Assembly (NCBI RefSeq): GCF_963921235.1
Contig: NC_086097.1
Coordinates: forward strand, 188,730,001 to 188,794,000
DNA: 64,000 bases
Direction of reading: 5' to 3'
From: Mobula hypostoma
Taxonomy: Eukaryota
The notes under the pieces were generated by a model. The model worked only from the letters and a program-made list of their open reading frames with translations. It did no database searches and had not been told where the DNA came from. Positions 1-12,733 of the stretch are shown piece by piece. The position numbers were made by a program, and so were the translations under genes. Position 1 is the stretch's first letter. Every line of letters starts with the position of its first letter.

Positions 1-729
1 ATCACGAACAAGGTGCATGTTTAAGTAAAACAGTATTATATTACTGGCATTATTATAATAGAACACGGTGTAGTATAAAAATATGAAAAAAGCAACAATA
101 AAAGATTAAAAGAGACCAGTACAGAGTGAGAATGTTCCTGTGAACTGGGAAGTGGGGCGGGAGGAGTGGGAAGGGCAGGTCATTCAGACAAGATGTAATC
201 TTCCTAGGCTGCAGTTATTTTGTTTCAAAGAAACATTCCCACAATATTTACCAGATGATTATGGTTCAATTCCCATTCCAGATATTTGAGGAAGAAATTC
301 ATATTGAGATTCCAATGCTAAAGGAGTTCTGCATATTGCAAGAGTCAGATTTTAAATCATAACATTAAAATAAAGGCCTGAATGCTCAGACTTAAAAGGA
401 GTAATAGAATTGTTCGGAAGATGACTCTCCAATATTTCACCTCTAGAGTTTATTCGCACTATATTTACCATTTCAGAATGATTTTTGACAGGTTTTTATA
501 TTGGATATTGGTAGTTAATTGTTCAAATGGGTAATTTCTTAACAAGAATATTGCTGGCCAATATATTCCTCTACACTGCCTTCAAATTAAATCCTTCTTG
601 TGTTATGTAGTATTTAGGTGAAAGATTGGGAGCTGCCAGCCAAAAGCATCTGCATAAGCTAAAAATCACTGAAAACATTCAAACGCATGTGTCCTAGCAT
701 ATTCTATAGCTACATTGAATTTAGTTTAT

Positions 730-1500
730 GAACTGGGGAGGAAATGGCTGATGGAATATTACATGAAGTTGTCAATCAAATATATGAAAGTACTTTTTGA
801 AATGGTGGAAAGTTGAAAATCATTTGCACTCAGAGAGATCTGAGTAAACCTTGTAAACAAATCACTAAAAGTTAATATACAGATACAGAAAATAATTACA
901 AAGACAAATGGTATATTGGCATTTACCGTAAGAGAATTTGAGCAAAGAGTAGACATACTATGAAATTAAAGGGTCCTGGTGAGATTGCATCTGAAATATT
1001 ATGTACCATTCATACTTCTCTAGCCAGGGACTGATAACACATTCCCTGAAGTGTAACAAAGGTTTAACACATTGGTTTCTGAAACAGGGAGATTTGTCCA
1101 ATGCTTAGATATTAAACAGATTGTATCTGCCTATACTGTGTGTAAAAGAATAAGAGATGATCTCATTGAAATTCTTACTTGGCCTTGTAGTATGGGTCCA
1201 GGAATGTTGCTTCTACTGGCTGGGTACCAAGGAATTTACGTATATTTCAAAACAAGGAATCACCATTCAGGGTTGTGATGAGATGAAATAATTTCTTCTA
1301 GAGGAAACAGAATCACTGAATTCTGTAGTCAAGTGGGTTGTGGAAGTTCAGTTGCTGAATATACTTAAGGCAGAGACTGATACGTTTTTGGCCAAACTAC
1401 ACTGGAATTATAGGAAAGCGATACTGCAGTAAAGGATTAGTTATGATGTTACTATGTGCAGAGGAAGCTCAAATGGCCTAATGCTACTTCCATTTCTAAT
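730..1500 (+). mobile_element. Highly decayed CR1 LINE 3' fragment
   Basis: Remnants of KWQMEF- and LVRPHLEYCVQF-like segments (aaatggctgatggaat; ctggtgagattgcatctgaaatattatgtacc) and a CR1-type 3' tail; many stops. Confidence 0.6.
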
Positions 1501-1926
1501 GTACTTATGGTTGTAGAACAAAGCAGCATATGGTTTTGTACCATTATAAAGCCCACAATTTGTAAAGCTGTGAGAGTTTTATAACTGAATGCAGATTGTG
1601 AAAAAGGATTCTTTTCCACATATTAAAACAAAAATTATAACTGAAGCTGCCAGAAATGTGTATAAATAGGCACATAAATACCTATAAATACAGAAATTAC
1701 ATTAATAATTTTATTTTGCACATTTCTGTAAAAATACAACATCTCGATAAGCAGTCAGGGTATTATAGTCAAATTTATCTTTATTGAACCATATCTATCC
1801 CAATCCACTTTGAAGTCCCTAAAGATCATTCAAACATTTAAAGCATTATTTGACAGCTCCTGTGCATACTTCCAATCATAAAGGCATTAACATTATATTC
1901 AAGAAGAAGCATTGCTACATTAGTTA

Positions 1927-3989
1927 CAGGTTGATGTAGCCATTTTCTGAAAACTGAGAGTCTGGCACCTCTTTTAATTCTGATGAAATTACGAGACAGT
2001 TTACTGGGCGGGCACTGTATGTAGCGCACGCTCCGCCATCTATGGCCAGTCTCATTTTGACAAAAGCACACTAATTTTATTATTTACATTGCACTTGCTG
2101 ATGGTAGTCCCAATATTTTTGCTTATTCTTTTACCTATTTTATGTATATTTATCTTAGAAGCCATAGCTATGGTTGAGTGCAAGTACCAGTGGTGGTGTC
2201 AAACTCAAACATCAGTCCATATCAATCAAAGAGAAAGTTGAAATGTTGAAAAAACTTGACCCAGGTGTTTTCTGTGCATAAGCTGTGTGACTTATATGGC
2301 ATTGTGTATGATATAAAGCACCAAAAAGAAAAAGTGACAGCAATTCTATGTAAATATTGATTCGCTGAAGCAAATGAGCATTAGAAAAACTACGGAAGCA
2401 GGTAAGAGCACTGAGCATGATCGAGTGACGAATGAATACCTCCACCAGCATTGATGTGATGGAGTCAACTTGTCGGGCAGTATGATAATGAACCAAGCTA
2501 AGTCGTCCAAAAAGAACTTAAATTAGAACGTGCGTGTGACTATAATGAAACATAGCTTCAAAGGTTTAAGAAGCACAGTGGAATTTCCATGCATAAAGCA
2601 CGTGGAGAAAAACAGTCTGCAAACCATGAAGGAGCTACCTACCCAGTATAGAGACGAATTTGCGAAGCCCATAGCTGACAAAATCTCAACCCTGAGTGGG
2701 TGTATAATGCAGTTGAAACTGTATTATACTGGCGATGCACACCTAGGAACACATTAGCAATGGAAGATGAAGAAGATTGCACAGGATTCAAACAATCTAA
2801 GTGCTCCATTGCAGCAGATACTCACAGCTGTAAACCACTGGTGATTGGAAAAAGTAAATGCCCTAGGGCCATAAAAGGTGTTAAAATGTACCCAGTAACC
2901 TATTGCAGAAATAAAAATGGCCAAATTACCAGCCACGGTATTACGTTAGAGTGGTCTGAAAAATATTTTGTACCAGAAGCCAGAGCACATTGTACATTTG
3001 TAGGGCTACCCCAAGGCTGCAAAATTCTTCTTATTTTGAATAATTGTTCAGTTCGCCCCAAAGCTGAATTCCTGTGTAAGAATATTTTTGCAATGTATTT
3101 ACCACCAAGCTGTACATTGTTAATCCAATCCCAAGACCACGGAATACTGTGCTCTCTAATGGCAAAGTATTGCTCACTTTTTATGAAATGTCTGTTGGAT
3201 GATGTGAACGCTGGCAATTCTGTACAAACATTTATTAAAGAATTTAACAAAGGACATTCTTTGGTTCATTGCTCAAGGGTGGGAGAAAGTAGAGCCTTCA
3301 GCACTAAAGAATGGCTTGCACAAGTTGTGGCTTGCCTTGATGTTTGATAACGCACCTGAAGATGGTTTTATAGGATTTTTTGTACCAAAGGAGAAAGTAG
3401 ATTTGTTTGCATATGCGAAAATGTTACAGGACCTGCTATCAAAAATATAGCAGGTAGTCTTATTGCAGAAAATCTGTGTTAATGGATGATTGTCGACAAC
3501 AAAGCAACTGTTGTGCATCACCTTACAGACTGGCTAAACCAGGTGAGGATAGCCGGTGGCCGCAAAAACACTACAAGTGATGAAGATGGCACCGATGATG
3601 ATAAAATGATTGAAACTGAAAGATTTACTGTTGGCAAGTTAATTGAGTTGTTGGGTGATTTAATCAAAGGGTTAGAGAAACATACCTTCGTGACGTAACA
3701 AGAGCTAATGTATATTTATTTGATGCAAGAAAAATTACATATAGAGAGATAAAAACACTTGAAACAACTTGCCTGGATGAAATATTTAAAAACATAACCG
3801 AGAAGCAACATTGTTTGTAAGCACAGTAATAAATAAATATACATTCAATTTTTGCTTAATTTAGAATTCTTTTTAAACTTCTACAGTCAATTATTGCCAT
3901 TATTATTGCTGACCTTTTTCAATCCAGCAAAAATGTTAATCTGGAAAGACTCAGGAACCAAGGGTGCCAGAAAATCAGTGATCAACCCA
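1927..3989 (+). mobile_element. Tigger/pogo DNA transposon, near full length, decayed DDE transposase
   Basis: TA flanks and imperfect TIRs (CAGGTTGAT..ATTTTCTG / CAGAAAAT..ATCAACCCA). Transposase motifs ETVLYWRCTP, KPLVIGKSKCPRAIKG, LLILNNCSVRP, YLPPSCTLLIQSQDHGI in ORF 2700-3347; frameshifted. Confidence 0.85.
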
Positions 3990-4317
3990 TACGTAGAGAA
4001 AAAATTGTTTGTTTCAATCTTTAGTTCTAAAAAAGTTCACAGAAAACATGGGCAGAGATTTTCCATGGCTCTTGTGGAAACTGAAAATCATTGTCCCAAA
4101 GGAATTCACATAGCAGCTGTTATACAGAATGTCAAAAACAAAAAGACACAACAGTGAATTACTGACTGTGCACTTACAACAGATAGTGTTTCATTTAAGG
4201 TGGCTGTATGACTTACTGCATATAGAATTTGCTCTATTCAGTGTTGCAGTTTAAAGATGCTGGTGGCCAGTTTATCATTTTAAAATTAAAAATTGGAAAA
4301 AGTGAGGCTATTGTTGA

Positions 4318-4513
4318 AAGATTAGAAAATCTGCAGATGCTGGAAATCCAAAGCAACACACACAAAATGCTGGTGGAACTTAGCAGGCCAGGCAGCATCT
4401 ATAGAATTGAGGACTTATGAATGATGAAGGGCCTCAGCCTGAAGCATCAACTGTTTACTCTTTTCCATAGATGCTGCCTGGCCTGCTGAGTTCCTCCAGC
4501 ATTTGTGTGAGTT
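4318..4513. mobile_element. Short fold-back Penelope-terminus element with degenerate hammerhead
   Basis: Inverted arms (aatgctggtggaacttagcaggccaggcagcatctat / atagatgctgcctggcctgctgagttcctccagcatt); 16-bp TSD gtgaggYtattgttga at 4302-4317 and 4514-4529. Confidence 0.85.
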
Positions 4514-4644
4514 GTGAGGTTATTGTTGAGCCTAATTACCATAAGGACAGCTCAAATTAGAGCAGTCCCTATTGCAACAACGCTCCTGTGACTGTAGATA
4601 ATATAATGCTAATTCACTGAATAGTACATTACAATGAGAGTATG

Positions 4645-5170
4645 GGGTGTCCAGAGAGGGCATCACCTCTGGTGAAGGTGCTTGTCATGTCCATTCTGGG
4701 GCAGCTCATTCACCTTTGGTCCCCACCGGACACTCAGCTCTCACCTGTGGCTCTAGGAGCTGTTTACAAGAGGCAGCAGCCACACACCAGTACACCACTT
4801 CGACAGGCAGGCTAAACCAGGTGAGGATAGCCGGTGGCCGCATACCCCGGTGAGATAGGGACACGCCAGCCCTAGCATTTGAAGTCAGCTGCGGCAGACT
4901 GGGTGGCTGAGATCTGCCATGAGATCAAACGACAAGGAAGGCGGTGCTGCAATGCTCCGTAGAGAGTGAAGGGCACGACAAATCATAGAAGACATGGTCA
5001 TCCGCTGCAACTGAGGAAGACCCCAGTTTGTGATGTTTGTTCGTGCCACCGGACCTGGACCTCTGAGGTCAAGAGAGTGGAACTACCCCAGTGCAACAGT
5101 TTTTCCACTGTAAAGACTCTCCCGCACAAGTTTCCTGTCATCACTGGACACGATGGACAATCACCACTAT
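4645..5170. mobile_element. GC-rich interspersed repeat, possibly a non-autonomous RTE-related retroelement
   Basis: Sharp GC/CpG-rich block in AT-rich DNA with no credible coding motif; family assignment is inference only. Confidence 0.4.
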
Positions 5171-5929
5171 GTATTACATCCAAAGGCACCACTGTTAACA
5201 AGAGAGGCTGGATTTCAAATGCTTTGGAATGAATGACAATAAACTTTTCTAACCAAAAAGCATTAAACTTCATGAGTTGCAACCACATTCCTCCAGTCAA
5301 GCAAATCTAAGGCATGTTACTTTGTAACGGACAGTGCATAATTTTTAATATGCAGTTGTAATGCAAAATATATATTGTTATTGTCATTTTTTGCATGAAA
5401 ACTTTCTTTTAATTATGAGCCAACATTCTTATTATGACTTTCTCCATTTTAACCTCACCTAGTTTGACAAAAAACCCATAGCAGACTCAATGGGCTGAAC
5501 GTCCTAATTCTGCTCCTGTCTTATGGTCTTATTCCTCCCTTTTGTCAAAGTATGCAGTTCAGTATTACTGTGTTACTTAACTTCATAACATTACAGAATC
5601 TTTCCTCCATGTACAATATAAATTAAGATGGAAGGCACATATTATTTTGAAAATGAGGATATAAGCATTTTAAGGAAATGTCACAATGTGGAAGTTTAGT
5701 AATGAAGTTAGACTCAGTCACTTAAATTGGATGGACAAAAAACTATCAGCATTCAGAAGGAAGCAATCAATTTAGATCAGAATAAGAAAAGGGAGCAAGT
5801 ACAATAATCTACATTGAGGAGATTATGGAGTATCATGGTTTATGAGATAGAATTTTGGAAGTTGCAACAGTGAATAAGACTGTACATATGAGTTGTAATT
5901 TTAATACAGTATATTTGTGTTTCTCCAAG

Positions 5930-6245
5930 AACCTTGCCATGGTTTGGAAGCTTGCATGCCTCAATGACCCAGACAGCTATGCTGGCTGGCATTAGGGCTT
6001 CAAACTTTGACTCTTGGTAGGGTCACCCATGCCAAACAGGTCAGGATAGAGGCCAGCCTAAGAGCTGTCAACCAGTCCTCCAAGTTCAGGGTTTCAGTTC
6101 AGGACTAACAACCCTGACTGGTCAAACAAAACTGTTAAAGGAAACAGCAATAAAGAATCATTCTACATCTGAGTGGCTAAGGACAGACAGAGATGGAAGA
6201 CCTTCATTGCTACACTAAACGTCAATAGCATAATGGGCAGTAATA
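5930..6245 (+). mobile_element. Bipartite non-autonomous RTE-like retroelement, copy 1
   Basis: Similar to 20640-20935; ends in an RTE-like ORF tail (AKDRQRWKTFIATL) followed by short TAA repeats. Confidence 0.6.
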
Positions 6246-6679
6246 ATATTTATGTTTGCAAATAGTGAAGTTGGTGAAAAGAATTTCAAAGGAGAGTATA
6301 TTGTTTAAATATGCTTTACAATACTGACTAGGAATGAGCTTCTATGCATACAATGCAAAATATTAACAATAATATGAGCTGTGTGAGCTTAGAAAGATTG
6401 GCAGCATCATCCTGAATGGAGGGTGACATGTACTGCTGGAGTTATGAGGAGATGGAAATTTAGAAAGTTGTTAATAAAAGATGTAGAATATGCTGGGACA
6501 TGTACAGTTCAGGTGTTTAGAAATTTAATGCTTGGCCAAATATCCAGAAAGCAAACTGGGTTAAACTAGAGGGACAAATATACAGCAAAATGGAGAATCT
6601 GAATTAGAAGCATGAGAAGATTAGAAAGACTGTGGTAGAGAAACAGCCTGGGACTGTCAGGGAATATTGGGACTAGAAA

Positions 6680-8480
6680 GATTTAAGAGGAAACTGGAAG
6701 TAATTTAGCACACAAGAGTTCTGACCTCTGTTGGGGCAGCTACAGGCTTGCAAATACTGTGGCTCTCCAGAGGCAATCGAACAATCTCTCTTCAACAAAC
6801 TCGATAACTTTCAAAGGTCTCCCACAAAGAACTGCGGAGCTACTGAAGCTTGCAGGCCTGTGTTGGAATTTTAAGCGTAAAAAAACGAGTGTTATCTACT
6901 GGGCCTGACTTTTTTTGACACAGCAAGAGAAATAAACCCTACAGTGGAGAAACTACCAAGCAACATGTAAGAACAGTGGAGAACTGATGGTTTCAAGTAT
7001 AAAACAAAGCAGCATGGCAACTATCTGCCATTTTCATTCTTTCTGAAATTCATCTGCCACGATTCAGAAATGCAAAATGACCCTCGTTTTATGCTCTCAA
7101 CTTCTGGTAACACATTATTCAAAGGGAGCTCTCAAACAAAAGCATGGAAAAGCAAAACCCCATCGCACTTTACAAAACTGAAGTCAAAAACCCTATCATG
7201 AACCCGATAGATAATGCCCGGTCCATAAGAAACCTTCTTTCTTAAGGAAATGCAAAAGGTACAAAGAAAAATCACTTGCAGAACAGCAATGCACATACCA
7301 GCACTTCACACAGGGCCAGCATCTTGGGCCACTACTAGTTCCAGCACACCCACAGCAGGACAGGGAGACAGCCGAGCATCCACAGAATGTGGCTACTTCC
7401 TGAATGATATTCTGGAGTACCGCACAAGAGTTCTTGTATTTGGCAACTGTCCCTCACCATCTGTGGCAATCTCAAAGCTTAAGGGGACAGCTATCGAGGG
7501 AGAGAAGGAATTCAAGACTGAAGCATGGAAATATGTAGAAAGGCATTTCTATGTTGATGATGGACTTAAATCATTTTCTAGTGCAGAAAGAACAGTCAGA
7601 GAGTACTTAAAGCAGCTCAAGACATGAAGGTGTAGTCTAATCTCAGACTGCATAAGATTGCATCCAATAGTGCTGAGGTCATGTAATGCTTCCCATCCGA
7701 AGATCTGGTCAAAGGTCTACAGAATGTTGATCTTGGACAGACCTCCTTCCTATGCAGCATAGTCTGGGCCTTGGATAGGACCTCGTTACCAACACCCTTA
7801 CTTTCCAGATTGCTATCAACTGCCTATTTGACCCACTTGGATTTGCTGCTCCAGTCAGTATCCAGGGGTGCTTCATGTCAAGAGAATTGACCTCGGACAC
7901 TTGTAGATGGGATGTCCCACTCGCTAAAATGAGAGCAGTGGAAACGGTGATGTTCTTTCCTTCAGGATCTTATAGGTTTGAAAATTCCAAAGACCTACAT
8001 AATCATTCCACTGTCTACAGCTCAAAAAAAAAGAGGTCTGCACCTTCTGTGAGGTGTCAACTAAAGCTATTATTATTGTTGCATGCCTAAAGGTTACAGA
8101 TGCTGCTGGGTATTGTGAAGCAGTGGGCAATCCTGGACAAGGTAAAGCTTGCTCCCAAACCATATCTCACCAAGATTTGAATTCAGTGCTGCTGTTCTAG
8201 CAGTTGGGATAGCAGAGAGGGTAACTGAAGAGATGGACACAGAACCAGAAGATATCAAATTCTCTACTGACAGCAATGTTGTACTCTGTTAATTATTTAA
8301 TGAAACAAGGAGATTCCATGTTTAAGTACATAATATGATCCAACGTATCAGGCAATCAACTCAGAAGAGCCAATGGAACAATATACCTACTGATCTCAAC
8401 TCGGCTGATCAAGCCACAAGACGGCTCCAAGCTAACTAATCAGCTTAGCCATTCCTCGTGGTTAACTGGAATAGCATCTC
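6680..8480 (+). mobile_element. Decayed BEL/Pao LTR retrotransposon internal region (gag/RT/RNase H remnants)
   Basis: LEYRTRVLVFGNCPSPSVA, FYVDDGLKS (RT), DPLGFAAPVSIQG, GKVKLAPK and SAAVLAV-like Pao motifs; large deletions. Confidence 0.8.
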
Positions 8481-8964
8481 TTATTAATGCCTCCCCCCCG
8501 CCCCCAGGAACATCATCAAGGCTAGTATTTTCAATGTGAGAATGGTTTAAAAGTCTGTGCAGTAAGATGGCTTTAAGACCAGTCTGTGAGTCTATCCTTC
8601 CTTTACCAAAGATTTAATGAAATTATCATTTGACTTTCAGTTTCAACAGTTAAGTTTGACATCCTATAAATGCCAGATGGGGCCTTTGGAGGTGCAGTTC
8701 ATTTAATATGGAGTTTGTTTTATATGAACATTACTTCCTCTAAGTACGGTTTTTTTTAATATATCATTTCATGTGCAGAGTTAATTTGGATTTTGTTTTG
8801 AAGCACACAGTGGAAAGGCATCTATCTCCATCCTCTCATTACCTGCCCTTGAAACAGTAATATATTTTCACAAGTAGAAACTCATTAAAAACCCTGGAGG
8901 AAGCTTCTGGTTTTTGAGAAGGTGTTTAACTCACTGCATAGCTTTGTGTATCCACACTGCAAGG

Positions 8965-9310
8965 GAACAGTGGTACAACTAGAAGAGCCACTGCCCACAG
9001 TGTCAGTGACCAGAGTTCAATCCTGACCTGCGTTGCTTGCTATCTATGTGGAGTATATTCCATGACCAGGTGGCTTCCTCTAGGTGCTCTAGTTTCCTCC
9101 TATATCACAAAAACATGTTCACTGGTAGGTTAACTGGCCACTGTAAATTGCCACTAGCGTATAGGTGTGAGTGGTAGAATATGGGTAAAGTTGATGAGAA
9201 TGTAGCGAGAATAAAAAATGTAGGATTTAGGATAGAGAAGTGCAAGTAGGTCATTGATGGATGGTGCAGACTCTGAACTAAAGGACTTATTTCAGTGTGT
9301 ACCTTTCTCA
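8965..9310 (+). mobile_element. tRNA-derived V-SINE (HE1-like)
   Basis: B-box-like gagttcaatcc; V-domain-like ggcttcctctaggtgctctagtttcctcc..gttaactggccactgtaaattgcc; CR1-like tail. Confidence 0.65.
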
Positions 9311-9880
9311 GATTCTTAAGAGACGGTAATCAATATGCCACTGTCAATGAGTGAGAGGCGATTAACTACTTATGTATGGTAGTATATTAGGTCACCTGTC
9401 GATCCACTCAAACTTTCTCTACAGTCAATCCCTTCATTTCAGAATGAACGCAGTGAACCTACAATATGTCCAATAAGCCTTTCATTAAATATCCAACCCA
9501 TAAATGCATGTACTATTCACTTACATATTTATATTCCATGCCCTTTGGATAAAGCAAACACTCCAGTGACCTCCCTAACTAATTGCTGCATGTGATAACT
9601 CTTTATGCTTCTCATAATAGTTCAGAATTGATACTGAAGAAAGTGAAATGGAGGCTCATCACAGCTGTAAAGACAGAGAGATGGGTGAGGATATATGAGC
9701 AAAACATAGAAGCAGAGAGAAGATGGCAGGAAGTCAGGCAGCAAAGACTGAACATTACTTTGAAAGCGGAAATGCTAATGTTTCATAACGGGGAAAGTGA
9801 AAACAACATAATCTCAGAGGAAGCCTATTTGAAAAGAATGTGTGCAAGGTCAGAGAAATGAAAGTGATGGTGAAAATTAC

Positions 9881-9896
9881 CTTGTTCGTTTTTAGG
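9881..9896 (-). other. Candidate 16-nt micro-exon of the minus-strand host gene
   Basis: Minus strand: tttatttttccacccccaccccag|CCTAAAAACGAACAAG|gtaatt; strong acceptor and donor in non-repeat DNA. Confidence 0.35.
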
Positions 9897-10299
9897 CTGG
9901 GGTGGGGGTGGAAAAATAAACAGTTCAATACTAAAAAGAAATATTAGATTTTTAAAACAGGAAACACTCAGTAATCCCACCACCTTAAAATGTCATCTTC
10001 CAAAATCAGACGACAAATATTTGAAAAAACCCTGAAGCTCAGCTGCAGTTGTAGTAATGGCAATAACAATAAAATAAGAACTTTGTTCAATGTATCAAGA
10101 TCAGAGAGTGGAAAAAGAGAAAAGAAGTGTAAAGTCATTCAAATGTAAGACCTGAACCGGCCAATTTCTTCGATGATCTGCTTGGCATAGAATTAATTTG
10201 ATGGTGCCCCAGTATCAGTTTTGGGCAGAACAACTTGTATAAATTTTGGTCCTCTAATACAGAATGTCACAGTCATAACCACTGAACAGCTTCCACGAT

Positions 10300-10905
10300 T
10301 ATATTTGTGTCCACCATGCCAGAAGGGTTCTCCAGTGGCCAGCTATTTCAATCCCATTTCCCATTTTCACACTGACATGTCTGTTCATGGCCTCCTCCAC
10401 TATCATCCATGTCCACACAAAAATTAAGGAACAGCACTTCATATTCTGTAGTCTCCAACCTGCTGGCATGAACATCAAATTTTCATTCTTCCAGTAGCCA
10501 CCCCGTCTGTCTATTTGCCTACTCCTGATCCTCCACCAACCTGTGTTCTTCCTCCCTCTTCATCTCCCTACCTCCCACATACTCCTTCCATCAGTTTCCT
10601 TCTGCACTCCCTCACTTCCATGCTCCATCTTCTTCTCCTATCAGATTCCACCCTTTGCAGCTTCTCACATCATTCCCACTCTCCCTCTCCCCACCTGGAT
10701 CCATCTGCCAGCTCTTGCTCCACTCCTTCCTTCCATCTTTTTATACTAGCTATCGACCCTCTGTCTTTCCAGTCCAATTGATGGGTGTTAACCTGAGGAG
10801 CCAAACATTCATCTCCCTCCACAGATGCCACCTGACCCAATCAGTTCCTACAATGCTTTGCATGTTGCTGTGAATGCTTGTATCTGCAGTCGCTTGTGTC
10901 TCCTA
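10300..10905 (+). mobile_element. Penelope-like element 3' fragment (end of GIY-YIG domain, pyrimidine-rich UTR, decayed terminus)
   Basis: PVASYFNPISHFHTDMSVHGLLH matches the C-terminus of ORF 15471-16118. Confidence 0.75.
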
Positions 10906-11019
10906 ATCAATTACAATTAGTAATTGTACAAAAGGGGGGAAAAAAAAGTATCATTGGCATGTAATTAGCTGCATTAGATTTGTACAAAATATTTGTCAGA
11001 TAAAACACATAACAGATCT

Positions 11020-11480
11020 AGTTGCCACACCACAGGAAGAATATGTAAGGAACAGAGACAGCATTAGATATTTACCACACTATTTCCCTGGAATGCTGGG
11101 TTTTAGTTACAGTAAGAGTTTTGGATAGGCTGGGTTTGTTCTCACTGGAAAGTAGAAGGCTGATGGGTGACCTTAGAGAAATTTTTTAAATTATGACAGA
11201 CACGAAAAGGATAGGTAGAATCGTTTCTTCCCCCAGAACAGGGGAATCTTGAACTAAAGGGCATAGATTTAAAGTGAGAGGAGAGAAATATAAAGGGAAC
11301 CTGAGTGATACTCACACAGAAAGTGATGAATATCTGGAACTAGCTGTCTGAGAAGATAGCAGAGGTACATACGATCCCAACAGTGAAAAGGAAAGATGCA
11401 GTAGAGAAATACAAATAGGATTAGTGTAGATCAGCGTCATGGTCGGCATGGATAAGGTGGACCAAGTAGGCCCAATTCTA
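11020..11480 (+). mobile_element. Decayed CR1 LINE 3' fragment
   Basis: RLGLFSLE.RRL.GDL-like remnant and actaaagggcatagatttaaagtgagagg. Confidence 0.65.
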
Positions 11481-12517
11481 TTTTATTTTTCTCTATTACC
11501 TGAGTACAATACCGAATTATTACAATCATATTCCAATGATTACCTTATATACTCAATTAATGAATTTCTGAAGTTAAGCCAAAATCCTACACTCACAACT
11601 TCATATTTTGTAAAAGTGACCTGTAGTTCAGGCATTTTCAGTTATAGACTTGTGTTTATATTCTAATTGACATTATTGTGTTACTCAAAAGATTCGATAC
11701 AGGTGGCCCCCGTTTTCCGAACGTTCGCTTTACGACACCTCGCCGTTATGAAGGACCTACATTAGTTACCTGTTTTCGCTAACAGAAGGTGTTTTCACTG
11801 TTACGAAAAAAGGCAGCACACGCCCGAACAGCCAAGCTCCTCCCCGGGAACTGCATTCTAGCCAGCATTGCTTAAACACATGCTTTATCTCGATTTATTT
11901 TGTGCATCTGTTAGCAAGCTGAGTTCTAAGCTATTGGAAAAGCCTAAACGAGCTCGTAAAGGTGTTACACTTAGCAAAAAACTAGACATAATTAAGCGTT
12001 TCGATTGTGGTGAACGAAGTAAGGACATTGTCCGCACTTTGACTTGCCTGCGTCCACCACTCGCACTGTTTATACGCAGAGAGAAAGAATTTTGAAAGCT
12101 GCCGATGTTACTGTTGGTTCTGCTTGTAGCAAAGTGGTCTCTCTTAGTTGGCATCCAATAATGGATAAAATGGAAAGTCTATTGCTCGAGTAGATTGACG
12201 GGTGTACAAAGTGTGGTGTTCCGTTCAGTTTTCTTATACTTCAGGAGAAATCAGTCAGTCTTTTTAATAAGCTGAAACAGAAAGCACTGTACGATGGTGA
12301 TGAAAGTGTTGCGAAAGTGGAATTTAAAGGTAGTCATGGGTGGTTTGATCGGTTTCTGAGGGGAGGCAGCTTCACAGTTTAACGTTTACCGGAGAGAGCG
12401 CTTCGGCTGATACTGAAGCAGCCGAAAAGTTTCCAGCAGAACTGAAGAAAATAATTACAGAAGGTGGTTATTCATATAAGCAAGTGTTTAACTGTGACGA
12501 AACTGCAATTTATTGGA

Positions 12518-12733
12518 ACACTCACAACACGCTGGAGGAACTCAGCAGGTCGGGCAGCATCCGTGGAAGAGATCAGTCGACGTTTCAGGCCAGAATCCTT
12601 CCTCAGTCCTGACGAAGGGTTCCGGCCTGAAACGTCGACTGATCTTTTCCACGGATGCTACCCGACCTGCTGAGTTCCTCCAGCGTGTTGTGAGTGTTGC
12701 TTTGACCCCAGCATCTGCAGATTATTTTGTGTT
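12518..12733. mobile_element. Short fold-back Penelope-terminus element inserted in Tigger
   Basis: Near-perfect ~80-bp inverted arms; TSD tgcaatttattgga (12504-12517) / tgcagcttattgga (12734-12747). Confidence 0.9.
12604..12641 (+). ncRNA. Minimal type I hammerhead ribozyme (PLE-associated)
   Basis: cagtc-CTGACGA-agggttccggcct-GAAAC-GTC^gactg: stem I cagtc/gactg, intact core, short stem II, palindromic ACGT in place of stem III, GUC cleavage triplet. Confidence 0.85.

Noticed and set aside
12518..12733. Hairpin as a DNA-transposon MITE or pre-miRNA
   Set aside because: Arms match the Penelope terminus, are asymmetric and have a long retro-type TSD; small-RNA production cannot be judged from sequence
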